A stretch of DNA of 64,000 bases from Vicugna vicugna. Its lineage: Eukaryota. Below are positions 37,655 through 52,939 of the stretch, in pieces; the first letter of the stretch is position 1; every line of letters begins with the position of its first letter. Position numbers and translations under genes: made by a program. A model generated the notes under the pieces. It searched no databases. It had not been told where the DNA came from and was given only the letters and a program-made list of their open reading frames with translations. The stretch lies in NCBI GenBank assembly GCA_013265495.1, contig MU058059.1:806001-870000 (forward strand). Reading direction: 5' to 3'.

Positions 37655-39280
37655 CCAGCTATAAATCCTTATACGAGTTAAATCCCTGTAGTTCTTATGC
37701 AACTATTAAAATGACAAATATAAACCAAATTTCAAAACCAACTAAATTCAAATGAATGATTTAAAACTGAATTATATGTCCTGCCGAAAATCAATGACTC
37801 CTTCACCACATGAATAGGGAGCTAATGATAATGACACTCTGCGCTCCCTGCAGACTCACGCCTAGTGGGCTGCTTTCCAGAACACGCCCACATTTCTGCC
37901 TCTATCCGTTGAGTTATTTGCTGCCAAGAGTTGTGTTCCTCTACCCCCACCAGACATGTTTATGCCAGTTGTATGTTTTAATCGAAATATGTAATTTAGT
38001 TAAATATTTCACAAACTGATAAATTATTGTGAGAAGAGAAATCTGTTAGATGCCTTAAAATTTTGAGTAGCTAAATTATGTTATGTATAGGTGAGACAAA
38101 TACAAAATACTGGCCAGAAATAATTCCAAAAACCTAAGCAGTAATCATTGTTTCACAGTGGGTTTAAGTTCTCTATTTTAAAGACATAGTCATATCATGG
38201 GTCTAAATTATTTAAGAAATAGATTGTGACAGTCTGGTCACTGGACTCACAGGAAAGGTCTTGACCTTATGTCAAAACGTAGGTAAATAAACGTGCATTT
38301 AAGTGGTTTAGATAGAAATGTTTAAGGTACATGTTACTTTACCAGTGGTTTTTGATTAAGTAACCAATTTTTTATTTGCTCAATGCCATTTGCAAGAATG
38401 CGACTTTAGTATATTAAGTCTACCTTCATTCCTTTCTTCTTATTCCACGACAGCACTGGCAGCAGTATTTTCTCATGCCTGTGCAATCCGGAACACAAAT
38501 CAAAAATGTGGGACCTGCAAGTGACTGGCAATGATTTCTTGTTTACCTGGTTGCCTTCCAAAAAATATTGGGTATTACTTTTGCATTATTATAAAAATAA
38601 AGCCAACATTGAAAATTTCCTGTAGACAACATGCAGAGTATAGTGAATTCACCACGATGAGAAAGTCGTGTAGAAGCCAAAAGTAGTCTCCAGCAAACCA
38701 CTGGAAACGTCATTCTGCCATGTGTAAGGGACTCTCACAAAGGTTTAGAGTTAGTCTAATACCATACAGATAAAGCAATAGATCAAAAAGGGAAGATTTT
38801 TATCTTCGAGGAAAAGGATCAAATTCTTACTGGTTTCTTCAGTTTTATCTTGAGAAAACTGAGCCTATTTCTATATTTCCTATACCCGCTCATGTAAATG
38901 TTAAAAGAAATTGTATGAAACTGGTAGAAGTATAAGTGATACCACGTTTCTAAGATGCAACTTGGTAGCTGGTAACAAAGCTTTATAATTTTCCATGTAT
39001 TTTTGACCCAACAAATCTACCTACTTCTTAAGGTCCATCCAAGGGCTGTATCCTGTGCTCAGAGATGTGCACAAATATTTGGTCAGAATGGTGAGCTTCA
39101 TACACACACACAAAAAGGAAAACGTACAAGAAGAGTAAAAATTGAAAGCTTGACCAAATAAACTCTGGCAATGTCCAAATACTGGAATATTACACAAAAA
39201 TAAAAATCATACTGGGCAAGAATAGTACTGTTACTGAAAAATGTTTGTCATATGCTGTTCAATGAAAAAAGCATAGTAAA

Positions 39281-39484
39281 GACTCATGGACAGAGAATAC
39301 AGACTTGTGGTTACCAGGGGGGTAGAGGGTGGGAAGGGATAGACTGGGATTTCAAAATTGTAGAATAGATAAACAAGATTACACTGTATAGTACAGGGAA
39401 ATATACACAAAATGTTATGATAAATCACAGAGAAAAAAATGTGACAATGAGTGTGTAAAAAAAATAAATAAAATAAAATAAATA
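39281..39484 (+). mobile_element. Short L1 3'-end insertion with TSD
   Basis: Similar to 29545-29720; A-rich tail; TSD GAAAAAAGCAT[A/G]GTAAA at 39264-39280 and 39485-39501. Confidence 0.8.
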
Positions 39485-40099
39485 GAAAAAAGCATGGTAA
39501 AAACAGGGTGTATAACGTGATCCTGTATTTATTTAAATATATTTTTATATATAGGAAAAAAGTCTGGAGGGCATGCACAAAAATGTTAAGAGAAGTTTAC
39601 ACAGTTCTAGGGTTATCCAGGGAATACTGTAATGGACAAATAGACCAAATTCCAATTATAATGGAGTTTATATTCCAGTGGGTGAAAGACAGAAAATAAA
39701 ATACTAAATTTGCAATAGTAAAATATGTCATTTGGTAATGAGTACAATGGATGGTGAATGCCTAGGTGGAGGTAGGTGGGGTCACTCTCTGTATAAAGTG
39801 GTTAAGAAGACTTCTCTGTTAATGTCTGAATAGTGATCTAAAGGACCCCAGGAGTGTGATGGGAGGGACAATTGAATTCGAGTTTCTATTTTAAAAGGAT
39901 CCTTCTGGCTGTTTAGCTTGGAGTTGAGTGGAATGGGTTAAGGGCAGAAACAGTGAGCCCAGTAGGAGGCCACTGCAGTATCTTGGCAAAATATAATGGT
40001 AGCTTAGAACTAGGGTGGTCAGATTCTGGTCACATTCTGAGGGCTGGGCCAATGCAAAGTGCTAGTAGCTAGTATGTGGAATGGCTGTGGGATGCAAAA

Positions 40100-41165
40100 G
40101 AAAGATGGTTTTATAGCCTCAGATGATTGATGCAGGGAGAAGAATATTAAAAAACAAACTACCATTAGCATCTTCAGAAAAATAAGATTTTGCAACCATA
40201 AAACAAGATCAGGATGCTATGAAAAGAAAGCAGGTGGGAGGCAATCAAAAAAACAAAACAAGATTAAAGTTCTGATAGGCGATGGCCAAGGCTGAAACAA
40301 TCTGAGCAACAAAACAAGTAACCACAGCATTGGCTTATACCCCATAGAATAAAGTAAATATTCATGGGTTCTGAAAAAAAATAATTGCATAAATAATTGG
40401 GGGAGAAGGGACATCTCTTCCTTTTAAAGAATTTCAATTAACACATCTGGAAAGAATGAGGAACAGGAAAACCACCATAGTAATAACTGCTGTAGGCAAT
40501 TTCCACCAAAGGTGAATGCTAAGATGAGTGACCAAAGGTTGAGGGGAAACAGGATGCTTACATATTCTCAAAGCATCATTAATTAAATTAATTAAAAAGG
40601 GGAAAATAGTAACTTTATAGCTGAGAAACCTCGCAAAGGCTAGATTACTCAAGTAAGGTAAATACCACCAGTAATAAGACTTAAGAACAGGAACCCTGGC
40701 AGGGTTCAGAGAGGAAGGCAAGTCACTTCTGTGGTGCTCTTGCCAAAAACGCACAACCTCAATGTAATCGTAAGAATTATCAGACAAACTCCAATTGAGA
40801 CTCATTCTACAAAAAATAGCATACGAGCACTACCCAAAAGCATCAAGGTCATAAAAGGCATAGAAAGAGTGAGAAACCATCGCAGACCGGAGGAGATTAA
40901 GGAGATATTAGAAATAATTACAATGTGGTATCCTGGATTGGATACATTAACAGAAATAGGACATTAATAGCGGGAAAAATCCAAAACTGGTCAAAATTAA
41001 GTCTGTAGTTAATAGAAATTGTTCTGATGTTAATTTCTTAGTTTTGATCATTACATTATGGTTAGGTAAGGTAAGGTGTTAACATTAGGGGAAGTTTGCT
41101 GGGGTATATGGAGCCTCTCTGTACTTATTTTGCAACATTTCTGTAAATCTAAAGTTATTTCAAAC
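40100..41165 (+). mobile_element. Ancient L1M 3' end remnant
   Basis: Ends in GTTAACATTAGGGGAAG...TTGCAACATTTCTGTAAATCTAAAGTTATTTCAAA, a typical L1M 3' terminus; boundaries approximate. Confidence 0.6.
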
Positions 41166-42524
41166 AAAAAGCATTCTTTTAAACCTTATTATAAATGTTG
41201 GAAATAGTTAAGGAAATCTCTCAGAAATTAGATGAAGAGGACAAAGAGATGGAAGACAAGGAGTAACAAGAAATTTAGAGGACTTGTCTCGGAAGATGGG
41301 ACAAAGAGAAAACAACAAAGATGAGGAATCATAAATGAAATAATTTAAGAAAACTTCCCAGAACTGAAGGATATAGTTTCCAGATTGAAAGGACCCACCA
41401 GTTTCCAGGACCAAGACCCACCAGGAAACATCACCCTATTTCAGAACATGGGGCTGAAGAGAAGATTCTTCAGGTTTTAAAGAGAGAGAAATACAGGTGC
41501 CACACATCAGAATGGCTTTAGACTTCTCCCAATGTTTTCAAAATTTTAAGATAGATTATACATTTTTAATATCTGTTTATTCACATTTTTTCCTGAAAGC
41601 AGATGTGAGAATCCTGGAGCAGAAATCGAAGTTGTAATTACTTACAGCAATAATTACACCCGTTCTCTACATCCAGTGCCCTACAGGTGACGTGCTGAGA
41701 GCCAGAGGTCACTCTGCACAGAAAAGGTCTGCCCGAAATTATGAATCTGGGGGTTTATACAGGCCCCCAAACTGCCCCTCCCCTCCTGAGAGAAGCAGAG
41801 AAACTTGCTCCCTAGTCATTAACAAGCCTTTGGAATGTAAATGATGGCTCCAGGCTCTGTGGCTCATTCCCCTTTGAAATGCAAACACCTTGGGAGATAA
41901 GGCTCTAAGAACCCCTGGAGGTCTCTGGCTATTCAACTACCCCTTCGGCTTCCCAGGCTAGTTTTTCAACACAGGTGCCATTAAAAGTTTGCTCAGAAAA
42001 CTGTGCAGAAACATGAAGTTATTCACTTCCTGACAGATTGTTTTCCAATCTAGAATTCAATCCCCAGCCCATCAAGACGCATGAAGGTGAAATGGATTTC
42101 ACAAAGCTCACTTCTATTCACTCCTCAGAGCACCTGCTCCTCTACCACAGCAAGAGAATAAATCAAGAAGACAGCATAGATTCCAGGAATACTTTTTAGG
42201 CTAAGATTTGTAATTCTTTCAGATGCATCTCCAAAGTCTGAGGGTGTCTTTAAAATAAGAGGAGGAAAGCCCGGGTTTGGTTGCATTCCATCAAGTAGGA
42301 TTTGAATGACTCTACCGGGAGTTGTGACAGTGTGGGTGGAACCATCCATATTCCCTTTGTTTTGAACAGTGGCAGAAACTTAGGTGATGGTCTCCAGCTT
42401 CCGACACCGCTCTCCTAATACCTCTCATAGGTATTGAGGAACCTGGACCTTGTGATCACCTATGGTGCCCATCTGGAGTTAGAAGGCAGGCAATTCAAGT
42501 AATCACATTAAAAATGCCTAAAGG

Positions 42525-43126
42525 CTCATCAAAAAGAATACCGGTAACAAATGTCGGCGAGGATGTGGAGAAAAGGGAAGCCTTGCACACTGCTGATGAG
42601 AATGTAAATTGGTGCAGCCACCGTGGAAAATAGTATGGAAGTTCCTCAAAAAACTATCAATAGAGCTACCATATGATCCAGCAATTCCACTCCTGGGTGT
42701 ATATCTGAAAAAACACCCAAACACTAATTTGAGATATGGAAGCAACTTAAGTGTCCATCAACAGATGAGTGGAGATATATATACACATACATATCTCTTT
42801 ATATATCATACATACATAAAATGAATACTACTCAGCCACAAAAAAGAAGAAAATGTTGCCATCTGCAACAACATAGAGGGACTTGGAGGGTACCATGCTA
42901 AGTGAAATAAATCCGACAGAGAAAGACATATGGTGTGATCCCACCTATATGTAGAATCTAAAATATACAACAAACCAGTGAACATAGCAAAAAAAGAAAC
43001 AGATTGACAGATACAGAGAACAAACCAGTGGTTACCAGTGGGGAGAGAGAAGAGGGGAGGGGCAATATAGGGTAGAGTGTTAAGAGATACAAACTATTAT
43101 ATAAAAAGTATATGTAAGATATATAT

Positions 43127-43160
<34 letters not shown>

Positions 43161-43324
43161 ATAAAATAAGCTACAAGGTTAATGTTGTCCAACACAGGGA
43201 ACATAGCCAATATGTTATAATAACTATAAGTGGAGTATAGCCTTTAAACACTGGGAATCACTATATTGCACACTTATAACATATAATATTGTACATCAAT
43301 TATACTTCAATAAAACAAATAGAC
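42525..43324 (+). mobile_element. 5'-truncated LINE-1 with TSD
   Basis: [49 protein letters not shown] at 42510-42524 and 43325-43339; internal (TA)n at about 43136-43158. Confidence 0.88.
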
Positions 43325-44304
43325 AAAAATGCCTAAAGGGTATTATCCCAATTAATGAAATAATTACAACACAATAGACTTGAATCCTGAAATAACCTGA
43401 AAGATCATCTAATACTAGCCCCTCCTTTAAATCAAGGACTCAGGAAGATCAAACCACTTACTCAAAGTTCATATAGCAAATTTAAGACTAAAAGGGACTG
43501 AAATCCAGGAGTCCCATCTTTTCATTGACAGATAGAAAATAACAATAAAATATAGTGTTTGTCATGTGTAAAAACCTTCCCTAGGTTATTTCACTTAATT
43601 CTCACTTTATTATTATCCCATTTTACAGGTAAGAAAACTGAAAGCCAGAAAGGCTCAATAAATTGTCCAAGGCCACCAAGTTAGTGGTGTAACCAAAATT
43701 CACACCTAGCCAATCTAACCACCTAGCTCCTAGCTCGAGCTCACACTTCAAATTATTATATTGGATGGTGTCTCTCATAGAAATACTTTCAAAGTTTTTC
43801 ACCAGGAAAAAAAAAATCCACAAAACCAGTTTTGGAGATTTTAGTCAGAAGTGCAGTACACAACTGAAAATTCAGTTACTACAGAACAAGAGTAGAATGG
43901 ATACTGAAAGATAAATAATAGATAGTCATACACGGTAAAAACAAAAAACAACAAATTTTAGGAACTCAGGAGTTTTAAATCAAATCTTAGCCTTTTATAT
44001 TAGGAAGTTTTAGGAAGAGCCAAAAGCTTTATATAAACTAAATAGGCCCTGTATGTCTGCTTCAGGCTGCTTATAATTCAGATATTAATGTGTCTTCACT
44101 TATCAGAATCAAAGAACCTAGTTAACCCCATTAAAATTTTTTTTGTCTGTAAAATGACAACAGTATCAAAATATTGTGAACTAATTAAATAATGTAAACT
44201 ACAAAGCATTCTGTGGCTGTCAGGTATTAATTTGGGTAAGTCTAGTTCCATTCTATCTCCAAAGTTACACTGTTTCTTGTGCACTATTACCATATCATTT
44301 TTAA

Positions 44305-46985
44305 AAAATAAGAGTGATATAATAATAGTTGGGAACTTTAATACCCCACTCTCGACAATGGATGGAGTGTACAGATAGAGGACCAATAAGGATACAGTGG
44401 ATTTGAACAACACTATAGCCCAAATGAACCTGTCAGACATACACAGAACATTTTGTCATAAAACAACAGCAAAATACACATTCTCCCAAGTGCACATGGA
44501 ACGTTTTCTAGGATAGACCATGTATGAGTCTATAAAACAAGTCTTAGCAAATTCAAGAAGATGGAAATCACACCGACTGTCTTCTCTGTCCACAATGGTA
44601 TGAAACTAGTAATTAATAACAAGAGGAAAACTGGAAAATTGAGAAGCAAAGCATACTAGAACTTGCGGGGTACAGCCAAAGCAGTTCTCAGAGGGAAGTT
44701 CATAGCAATAAACACCTACATTAAGAAGCAAGAAAGATCTCAAATAAACAACCTAGCTACACTTCAAGGAACTACAAGAAGAACCACCTAAGCTCAGTAT
44801 ATGAGCCTTCAATATACGGTGCCGGGAAAACTGGGTATTCACATGTAAGAGAATGAAACTGGACCTCGTCTGACACCACTTACAACAATTAACCCAAAAT
44901 GGATTCAAGACTCGAATAGAAGACCTTAAACCATGAAATTCATGGGAGAAAAGATAAGAAAAAAGCTCCTTGACATGGGTCTTGGCAATGACTTTTTGGA
45001 CATCACACCTAAAGCACAAGCAACAAAATTAAAATAAACAAGAAGGACTATATCAAACTAAACAGCTTCTGCACGGCGACAGAAACTATCAACAAGGTGA
45101 AAAAGCCTCCAGAATGGGAGGAGATATTTGCAAGCCATATATTTGATAAGGGGTTAATATGTGAAACATACAAAGAATTCATACCATCAAAAACCCCTAA
45201 GTATCCCAATTAAACAATGGGCAAAGAACATAGACATTTTTCCAAAGAAGATGTACGAGTGGCCAATGGGCACATGAAAATGTGCTCAACATCACCACTC
45301 ATGAGCGAAATGCAAAGTAAAGCCACAATGAGATACAACCTCATGCCTGTTGAAGTGCCTGATTTCTGTGTGGAATCTAAAAAACAAAACAAACGAACAA
45401 ACATAACAAAATAGAAACAGAATCATAGATACAGAGAACAAACAGGTGGTTGCCACGGGGAGGTTGGGGAGGAAATAGATGTGGGAGATTAAGAGGTACA
45501 AACTTCCAGTTGCAAAAATAAAAAAATGAGTCACAGGTATGAAATGCACGGGGTGGGGAGTACAGTGAATAATTATTTAATATCTTTGTATGGTGACAGA
45601 TGACAACTAGACTTACGATGATGATCATTTTGAAAAGGATAGAAATATCAAATCACTATGTTGTGTACTAAGAACTAACACAGTGTTTTGGGTCAATTAT
45701 ACTTCCAGAAACAAGCCAACAAACTCATAAAAAAAGAGATTAGATTCGTGGTTATCAGAGGTGAAGGGTGTGGGGAGGGGAAATTGGATGAAGTGGTCAA
45801 GATGTACAATGCACACGATAAATACAATTAACACTGCCATATGTTATATATGAAAATGGTTAGGAGAGTAAATCCTGAGTATTCTCACAAGGAAAAAAAT
45901 TTTTTTCTTTTTCTTTAATTTTGCATCTGTATGAGATGTTCATTAAACTTATTGTGATCATCATTTCATGATAAATGTAAGCCAAATTATTATGCTGTAT
46001 GCTTTAAATTTACGCAGTGCTATATGTCAATTATATCTCAATAAAACTGGAAGAAAAATAAAGCTCAGCATCACTAGTCATTAGGGAAAAGCAAATTAAA
46101 ACCACAATGAGATATGACCCCATGTCTGTTAAAATGGCCAAAATCAAAAAAGACAAGAGATAACAAATGCTGGCATGGATGTGGAGAACAGGGAATCTTT
46201 GTGCACTATTTGTGGGATTGTCAATTGGTACAGGCACTATGAAAACAAAAACAGTATGGTGTTTCCTCCAAAAATCAAAAACAGAACTACCATGTGATCC
46301 AGCAATCTCACTTCTTGCTATATATCCAAATAAAACAAAATCACTAATTTGAAAAGATGTCTGCACCCCCATGCTCACTGTAGTGTTATTCCCAATCACG
46401 AAGACATAGAAACAACCTAAGTGACCATCAACATATGAATGGATAAAGAAGTTGTGAGATATATATGTGATAGAATATTATTCAGCCATAAAAATGAGGA
46501 AATCCTAGCATTTGCAGCAACATGGACTTGAAGATGTTATGCTAAGTGAAATAAGTCAGAGAAAAACAAATACTGTGTGATCTCACTTATGTGCAGAATC
46601 TAATTTTTAAAAAAACCACCAAACTCACAGAAAAAGAGATCAGACTTATAGTTACCAGAGGTGGGAGAAGGAGGAATTGAAGGAATGTGATCAAAAAGTA
46701 GAGACTTTCACTTATAAGAAAAGTAAACACAGGGGTGCAATGTCCAACATGATAATACTTAATGCTACTGTTTAACGTATAGGAAAGAAAGCAGGTCCTA
46801 AGATCTCATCACCAGAACGTTTCCCTTTTCTTTTTATTGTATCTATACGAGATGATGGATGTTAACTAAACCTGTTATAGTAGTCATTTCACAATATACG
46901 TAAATCAAACCATCATGCTGTACACATTAAACTCACACAGTGATGTATGTCAGTAATTCCTCAATAAAACAAAAAAAAAAAAAAG
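44305..46985 (+). mobile_element. Cluster of LINE-1 fragments with several 3' ends
   Basis: ORF2 endonuclease-like (GGGAACTTTAATACCCCACTCTC) and C-terminal segments with internal deletions; L1 3'-end motifs near 45700, 46040 and 46965. Confidence 0.8.
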
Positions 46986-49900
46986 AAAACTCTAATGCTC
47001 TCATAATTCAGAGATGTGACTTTGGGAAAATAATGATTAATTATATAGCACCCAAAATTAATTCATCCTTGCCACTTTCCATTCCTCATTTCTCAATGTC
47101 ACATTTCATTGCAGACTGCTAAATATCATCTTGTTTACACTTATCAGACCAACTGACCCATTAGCCTTCCAATCTGGTTAATACTTCCTATTTCATATTG
47201 GCTGAAAGATTGCCAGAAGATTGCAGAAGAGTAAAGTATTCCAAGATTTAGTAAAACCAGGACTCATACACACACCCTTCATTGAGTTAAATATAAACAG
47301 CCCGAGAATGAAGTGTAATTCTGGTCCCGGTTACCCTTCTATATCTGTCCTCCTGTAACATTTTAAATCAGTTATATCTGATCTTAAAAACCACTTTAAA
47401 GCCAAATTTCCTATCTATTACCTACGCAAAAAAATTTATCTTTTGAAATAATAAGCAAGAGTGGGGTGAACTGGGCAGGGAATCGCGGTCTGCATTTTGG
47501 CAGAAGGCAGTGAGAGATGACACAGCCTGTGCGAGCCGGTGGCAGCTTGGAAGGAGTGGAGGCAGCACCGGAATTCAAGTTTGCTAGCACCTTTCAGAGA
47601 GAAGAGCGTGGGTGGGAGAGCTCCTGACACAGATAACCATTCTTATAAACCTCATTAATTTTGGCACCAAAGTAGCTGGCCTTTGGTCTGGTGGGATTTC
47701 CCTGGCTCACTGCATGATGGGACGTGCAAAGAAAGTGGACGGGTAGCTTTGTTATTTTGCAATCATCCATGACATTCTATCTGCAGTTTTCCATGTTATC
47801 CGGGGGCAGCCTCCAGACCCGAATCAAGGCAAAAAATGTTGGGTAGTGTTTGGCTCCTTGCATGGGAAATATCTTACAAAAATTAAAATATCAGGACTAA
47901 TTTATTATACAAAGCTCGGGGCAGCTGTTGGCATAAACGCCTCTCTCTCCTCCAGCTGCTCTCTCCCTAACGATGGGCTGAAGTTGCTGAGAACGTGTGC
48001 AGGGCCACAGCTGCTCTTTCCCTGTTTGAGGGCATCTGACACAGTGACTAGGGGCACAGGCCCTGGAAGCAGGCAGAGGGACGTGTTCTTCTGTCCTGGC
48101 TCTGATGACAATCTTGACATTGGCAGGATTTTTAACTTCTTTGAATCTCGGTGTCTTCTGTAATCATGTGTACTTTGAGAGTTGTCCCAAAGCATACAAA
48201 GATTGTTTATCTAGCGCCTGATACCTGGTAGACATCCAACGTAGGCTAGGATTTATTATTAAATCCCTGATCCTGTTGACTATCCAGTGACAAAGCTCAA
48301 AGCGACAAATGAGAGCAAACAAAACAAAATAAAACCCCCCAGCAATGATCTATAAGAACCAGTGATAGGAATCACCTATAGAAGGCTTCTGCCCTCTGCT
48401 TGAAAACGGGAAATAACTACTTTCCAAGTAAGTTTCACAGCACAGGATGCTCTCACAGAACTTCATCAGAATGATGACAGCCTCAAGGTGATCTAACACC
48501 AACGCAAGAAATTTCCTTTCAGCTTTCCATTAGCTTACGCCATCCTACTCTGATCCAGGGCTCCAAGGGGTCCCTGCAGTTGTATACCAGTACTGCTCAT
48601 GGAGGTCCTTCCTTTAGAACCTTCTGGGTTATTAATATCCTTGTCCAAAGCTGCGGGAAGCCCAGGTTATCATTCTTTCACTCTCCCAATTGTCTTTCCA
48701 TCAGTACCCTTTCTTGATGACAGGATGTACTATTTTTAAGAAATAAATCCTAGTCTCCTTTTACACACCTGTTTCCAGAATACAATATCAATGAAGAGAA
48801 ATTGAGAAGCATTTGATGAAAGCGGTAATATTTGACAAATGTGTTTTCTCAGTATACACTCAAAAAAGTCACTTGAGAATGTCTGGCATCACTAAATTGC
48901 ATGACTGTATGTTAAAAATGCTTAATTATTTTCCAAAGTATATTCCATGAACTGCATTAAAACACATGTTACGGCAGATTTTTAAAAGCATTCTTCACGT
49001 AGCGCTCCATGAGGGCAGGGTGGCGCCAGTCCTGTTCGCTGCGGCATCGCTAGTATCTAGTGCACCGCCCGGCACACAGGACACTCAGTCAGCACTTGTT
49101 GACTGACAGACTGTGATCTTACTCTAAAGAAAGTACTTTTAGATGGATGGAAATATCTTTCAAAGAAGAGCAAAGTGATTCAGCAAACTGGTATTCTGGA
49201 ACTAAAGGAAAATCAGAACTCTTGAGGAGTAGCAGAGTAAGCCCCTTTGGGGAGAAGGTAACAGATCCATGCTGGGATTCACAGAAACCAGAAAGGGAAA
49301 GTCGGGTGTAGTCTCAAACGCATTCAATTTCAGAAAAGCAAATGTAAACATACCCCCAAATGCATGATTTCAGAGATGAAATTCAAAAGCCAGCTGTTCA
49401 AATTGCAGTTCTGCCCCTGTCCTTACAGGTTCCCAAAGAATGAAAGGGAGCCATCCAGTAGCCAGCGTTTACACCTGACGACCCTCCAACGACCCACTTA
49501 AGGACATGAGATTACAAAACCAGAGCCAGCTCGAAGAGCAATCCTCCAGTTGGTGGCAACAAGGCTGGGAACTGGTTGAAGATTACAGAAATGCTAAGAT
49601 AAACACAACTTCTGTGTCTAGCTCTAGCTCAGAAGACGACAGGAGGTGCCGGGCCACAGCTGGGGGCCCGTGATTGACTGACAGATGTCAGAGTCAAGGG
49701 GGATGTGGTTTTGCTTCTGCTCTTCTATTGAGAATGCCCTTTGGGAAGAAGGGAGCATTCACAGTGCACCGAAAAGGCAGTAGATGTGTACCGGTTATCA
49801 CTGACCTTCACAGCAGAAGCAACGGAGAAATCCCCATCGCTGTTCTAGAGATGATGAAACTAAGGCTCAGGGCAGCTGAGAACTTGCCTTCATTTATCCA

Positions 49901-52012
49901 TTAATTGGTAAGCAGAACCAGGGTCCAATTCAAGTTCGACACCAAAATTCTTTCCAGTAAACCACACTCCCTCTTTACTATTCTGAAAAGATTTCCAGGA
50001 ATGAGGGTGATTGGGAACATCTCTGAAGAGATCATAAAATCACACAGCTGCTGAAATCTGGCACAATCCAGGTGAATTACACCCAGGGCCCTTGAGATAA
50101 GATCGGTTTGCTGACCTTTAAGGAATCACAGGCAAACACTATCTTCATTTTTCGAAAGAATGCTTAAGACAGACTGGGCAAGGGAGGCTACTAGCCAGGG
50201 GCCAAGCCTCTTCTGCCTCGAGATCTCCAGGATCCAGCCCAGGGCCTCACACACAATGCTTCATACGTGTTGAATGAACAACACGTACCTGAATCTCCGT
50301 AGCTTTGTCAGGCAGGATTAAACGAATTTTGAACAGGTCCAAGGGGGTGTGCAAACATGGAGACCGAATTCAAGGCACAAGGTGCCGCTGGACCTCTCGG
50401 GATAGGAGTGTGGCTTTGAGGAGGCAGGGAGTCCTCATCGCTCCAAGGACTCACCGATCTCAGCTAAGTATTAGAAGGAAGCAGAGTCAGTTTAGGCCCT
50501 CACCTCTCACCATGGTTCCCTCCTCCAGCAGGACGTCTTGTCTGTCTGCCATACATCTGGTGGGGGTGGGGTGTTGGGTCGGAGACAGAGGGAGGTGGAG
50601 GTGACAGGTGAATATGGCGGAGGAAACTGAGAGCTGGCCTCCCGTTTTCCTTCCCAGAAGCCTCAGCTCCTTAACTCTTAACTTGGAACTCAAGACTAGA
50701 ATCCTCAAACTAGTTCTGCTACACAAAAGGCTTTAATGGCTGCTCTGGGGGCTGATTACCACTAAGAGCATTAATCAGAAAAATGAATTCCAGGTTCCCA
50801 ACGACGAAGTTATGGATAACCTTACACAACATAATCCATTAAACTGAAAAAAACATAAACTTGTATCACTCTCATTGCAATCTTTTCCCCCCCAACAAAA
50901 TAGGAGGAGTTTGTTAGTTATTGGGCTCATCTGATAGTGAGTGACCCGTGTAATTTCTAAAATTCTACATTTGTGATCAAGTTAGTTCGCAGGCAAATTA
51001 CCTTCATTTTAGATTTCCAAAACTCCCTTCCTGAATCATTGCCAATGCAATGCAAGTTGGCCTAAAAGTTAAAATCAAGTTTGTAGACGTTCTCTTTGGA
51101 CGAACAGAGAAAAAGTAATCATGTTGACATTAGAATTTCCTCCCCTCTCACAATATAGAGCCAGTGGAAGCACACTTCAGAATCAACTCCCGGCGACGGG
51201 AGGTACCCTTGAACACTGGACGCAAGGGCTTCACCATCAAGGGGACACTAAAGCCAGCTGGGCAGAGAGAGGCAGTCTTAACGACCAGGAGACAGGAGAC
51301 CTGGCACGCCACGACCGTGCTGCGCCAAGAAACCTCGAAAACACGCACCCCTAACACATATGAACCCGGCACCGGTGGCAGAAATGACAACACAAATATA
51401 TTTCTCATGCAAAATAGGACACGTGATACATTATTTACATAATGCAAATAAAGTGCTGAAAACTAAGCTTTCTTTTTCAGGATACCACCGTGATCAAGTG
51501 GTTTCAGAGAGAGTTAATGCCACGTGGTGAGCTTGCAACTCTGTAAAACCATGACGAAGACAGTACAGAAAATGCACTTTGGTAGAAACCTGGGAAGGGG
51601 AAAGGCTGCTAGCAAAAAAATGAAAACAGGAATGAAAGAAGTATATTTTCTTTTATATACAAAAATGAAGGCCCCAAAAAATGGTTTGTCAAAGTCGCTA
51701 TCAACAAGATGTTAAGTTATTTTTCCTTTGCTTTGGTTGAAACAGCCCAGGAACGGCACTCAGTCCCCCTTCTACAAATAGTATATAAACACAGTGACAG
51801 GACTACTTTTTGGACAAAATAATCAACTTTTAAGAAAAGAAATTAAGTTAACTTTAAACTAAATTAAACATTTACCAATAAATAAGTTTCTTAAAAAGGT
51901 AGCATCTTCATCCTACAACCTTGGGCATAAAATATACACCAATTTAAAAATAAAATTTCTCTCACAATAATAATTACAGGTGTTAATGCCACAAGCTATG
52001 AAATGAAATTGC

Positions 52013-52018
52013 TTTAAT
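52013..52018 (-). terminator. ZBTB14: Candidate ZBTB14 polyadenylation signal (ATTAAA)
   Basis: TTTAAT on + strand about 1.5 kb past the stop in an AU-rich 3'UTR; alternative at 52310-52315. Confidence 0.35.
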
Positions 52019-52913
52019 GTAGCTTAAAAAAAAATCCTAGCAATCAAAAATAAATTTTAAAAATTGACATTTTTCTAAAATGATACATACTAAAATAATT
52101 GACTAATACTTGATTACAGAACATAATTCCAACTTTGTCAGTATTTCAATATATTCCTAAGGAACGCTTAAAAAGAAATTTTGCACACCAAAATTGGAAC
52201 AGCACTTATAATTCTGTTTATGGCTATGAAAAGGCAGTCAGCTTCTACTTAAAACCGTAACCAGTGATGAAAATATACTTCAAAAACATAAACATTTGGT
52301 CTGACAATCTTTAATATTGGTTAAAAACAGACTGATGTTTGTTGCTGATGGAAGTTACTTTAATCCAATGTGCAAAAAAAAGTGCGGCTGTCTACTTTTA
52401 CTTGAGATACATGAGACCAATGCTTCTGTACTATTTACACACTTAAAAGATTTTAAATGTATTAATTTAAGGAAGGACACTGCATCCCCTCTACGGATAA
52501 ATCACGCGCTACAGGGAGCCCAAAAGCTTGCTGACATCCTGTCAAGTTTCCCAAAGTATCTGAAGAGGCATACCTGTTCTTGTCCTAATTTTGATCCTAA
52601 ATAAAAATCCAATTTCAGAATCAACTGACTTAGGAAATCTTGGACTTGTGGCAAATGAGCAAAGCTTGTCTCTGAGAGCCAGGTTCCTAGACTCCCTTTT
52701 CTAACCCTCTTGCCACTGGTCCAGTCCACAGACCCCAATGGCTGCAGAGAGGCAATGCCCTAAACAAGGAGGAATGGAAAAATTCAGCCCTCAGACCACC
52801 AACATGCCTGTGGGCTTGCTCAGCCTTCGGGACTTGTGACGACATCTTTGGGGGCAGGTAGGGCCAATCAAAAGGGCTGAAGAAACACTTGGGCAGAGCC
52901 ACCATTATTTGTC

Positions 52914-52939
52914 CACACACACACACACACACACACACA
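52914..52939. repeat. (CA)n microsatellite in the ZBTB14 3'UTR
   Basis: Run of CA repeats seen directly. Confidence 0.9.
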
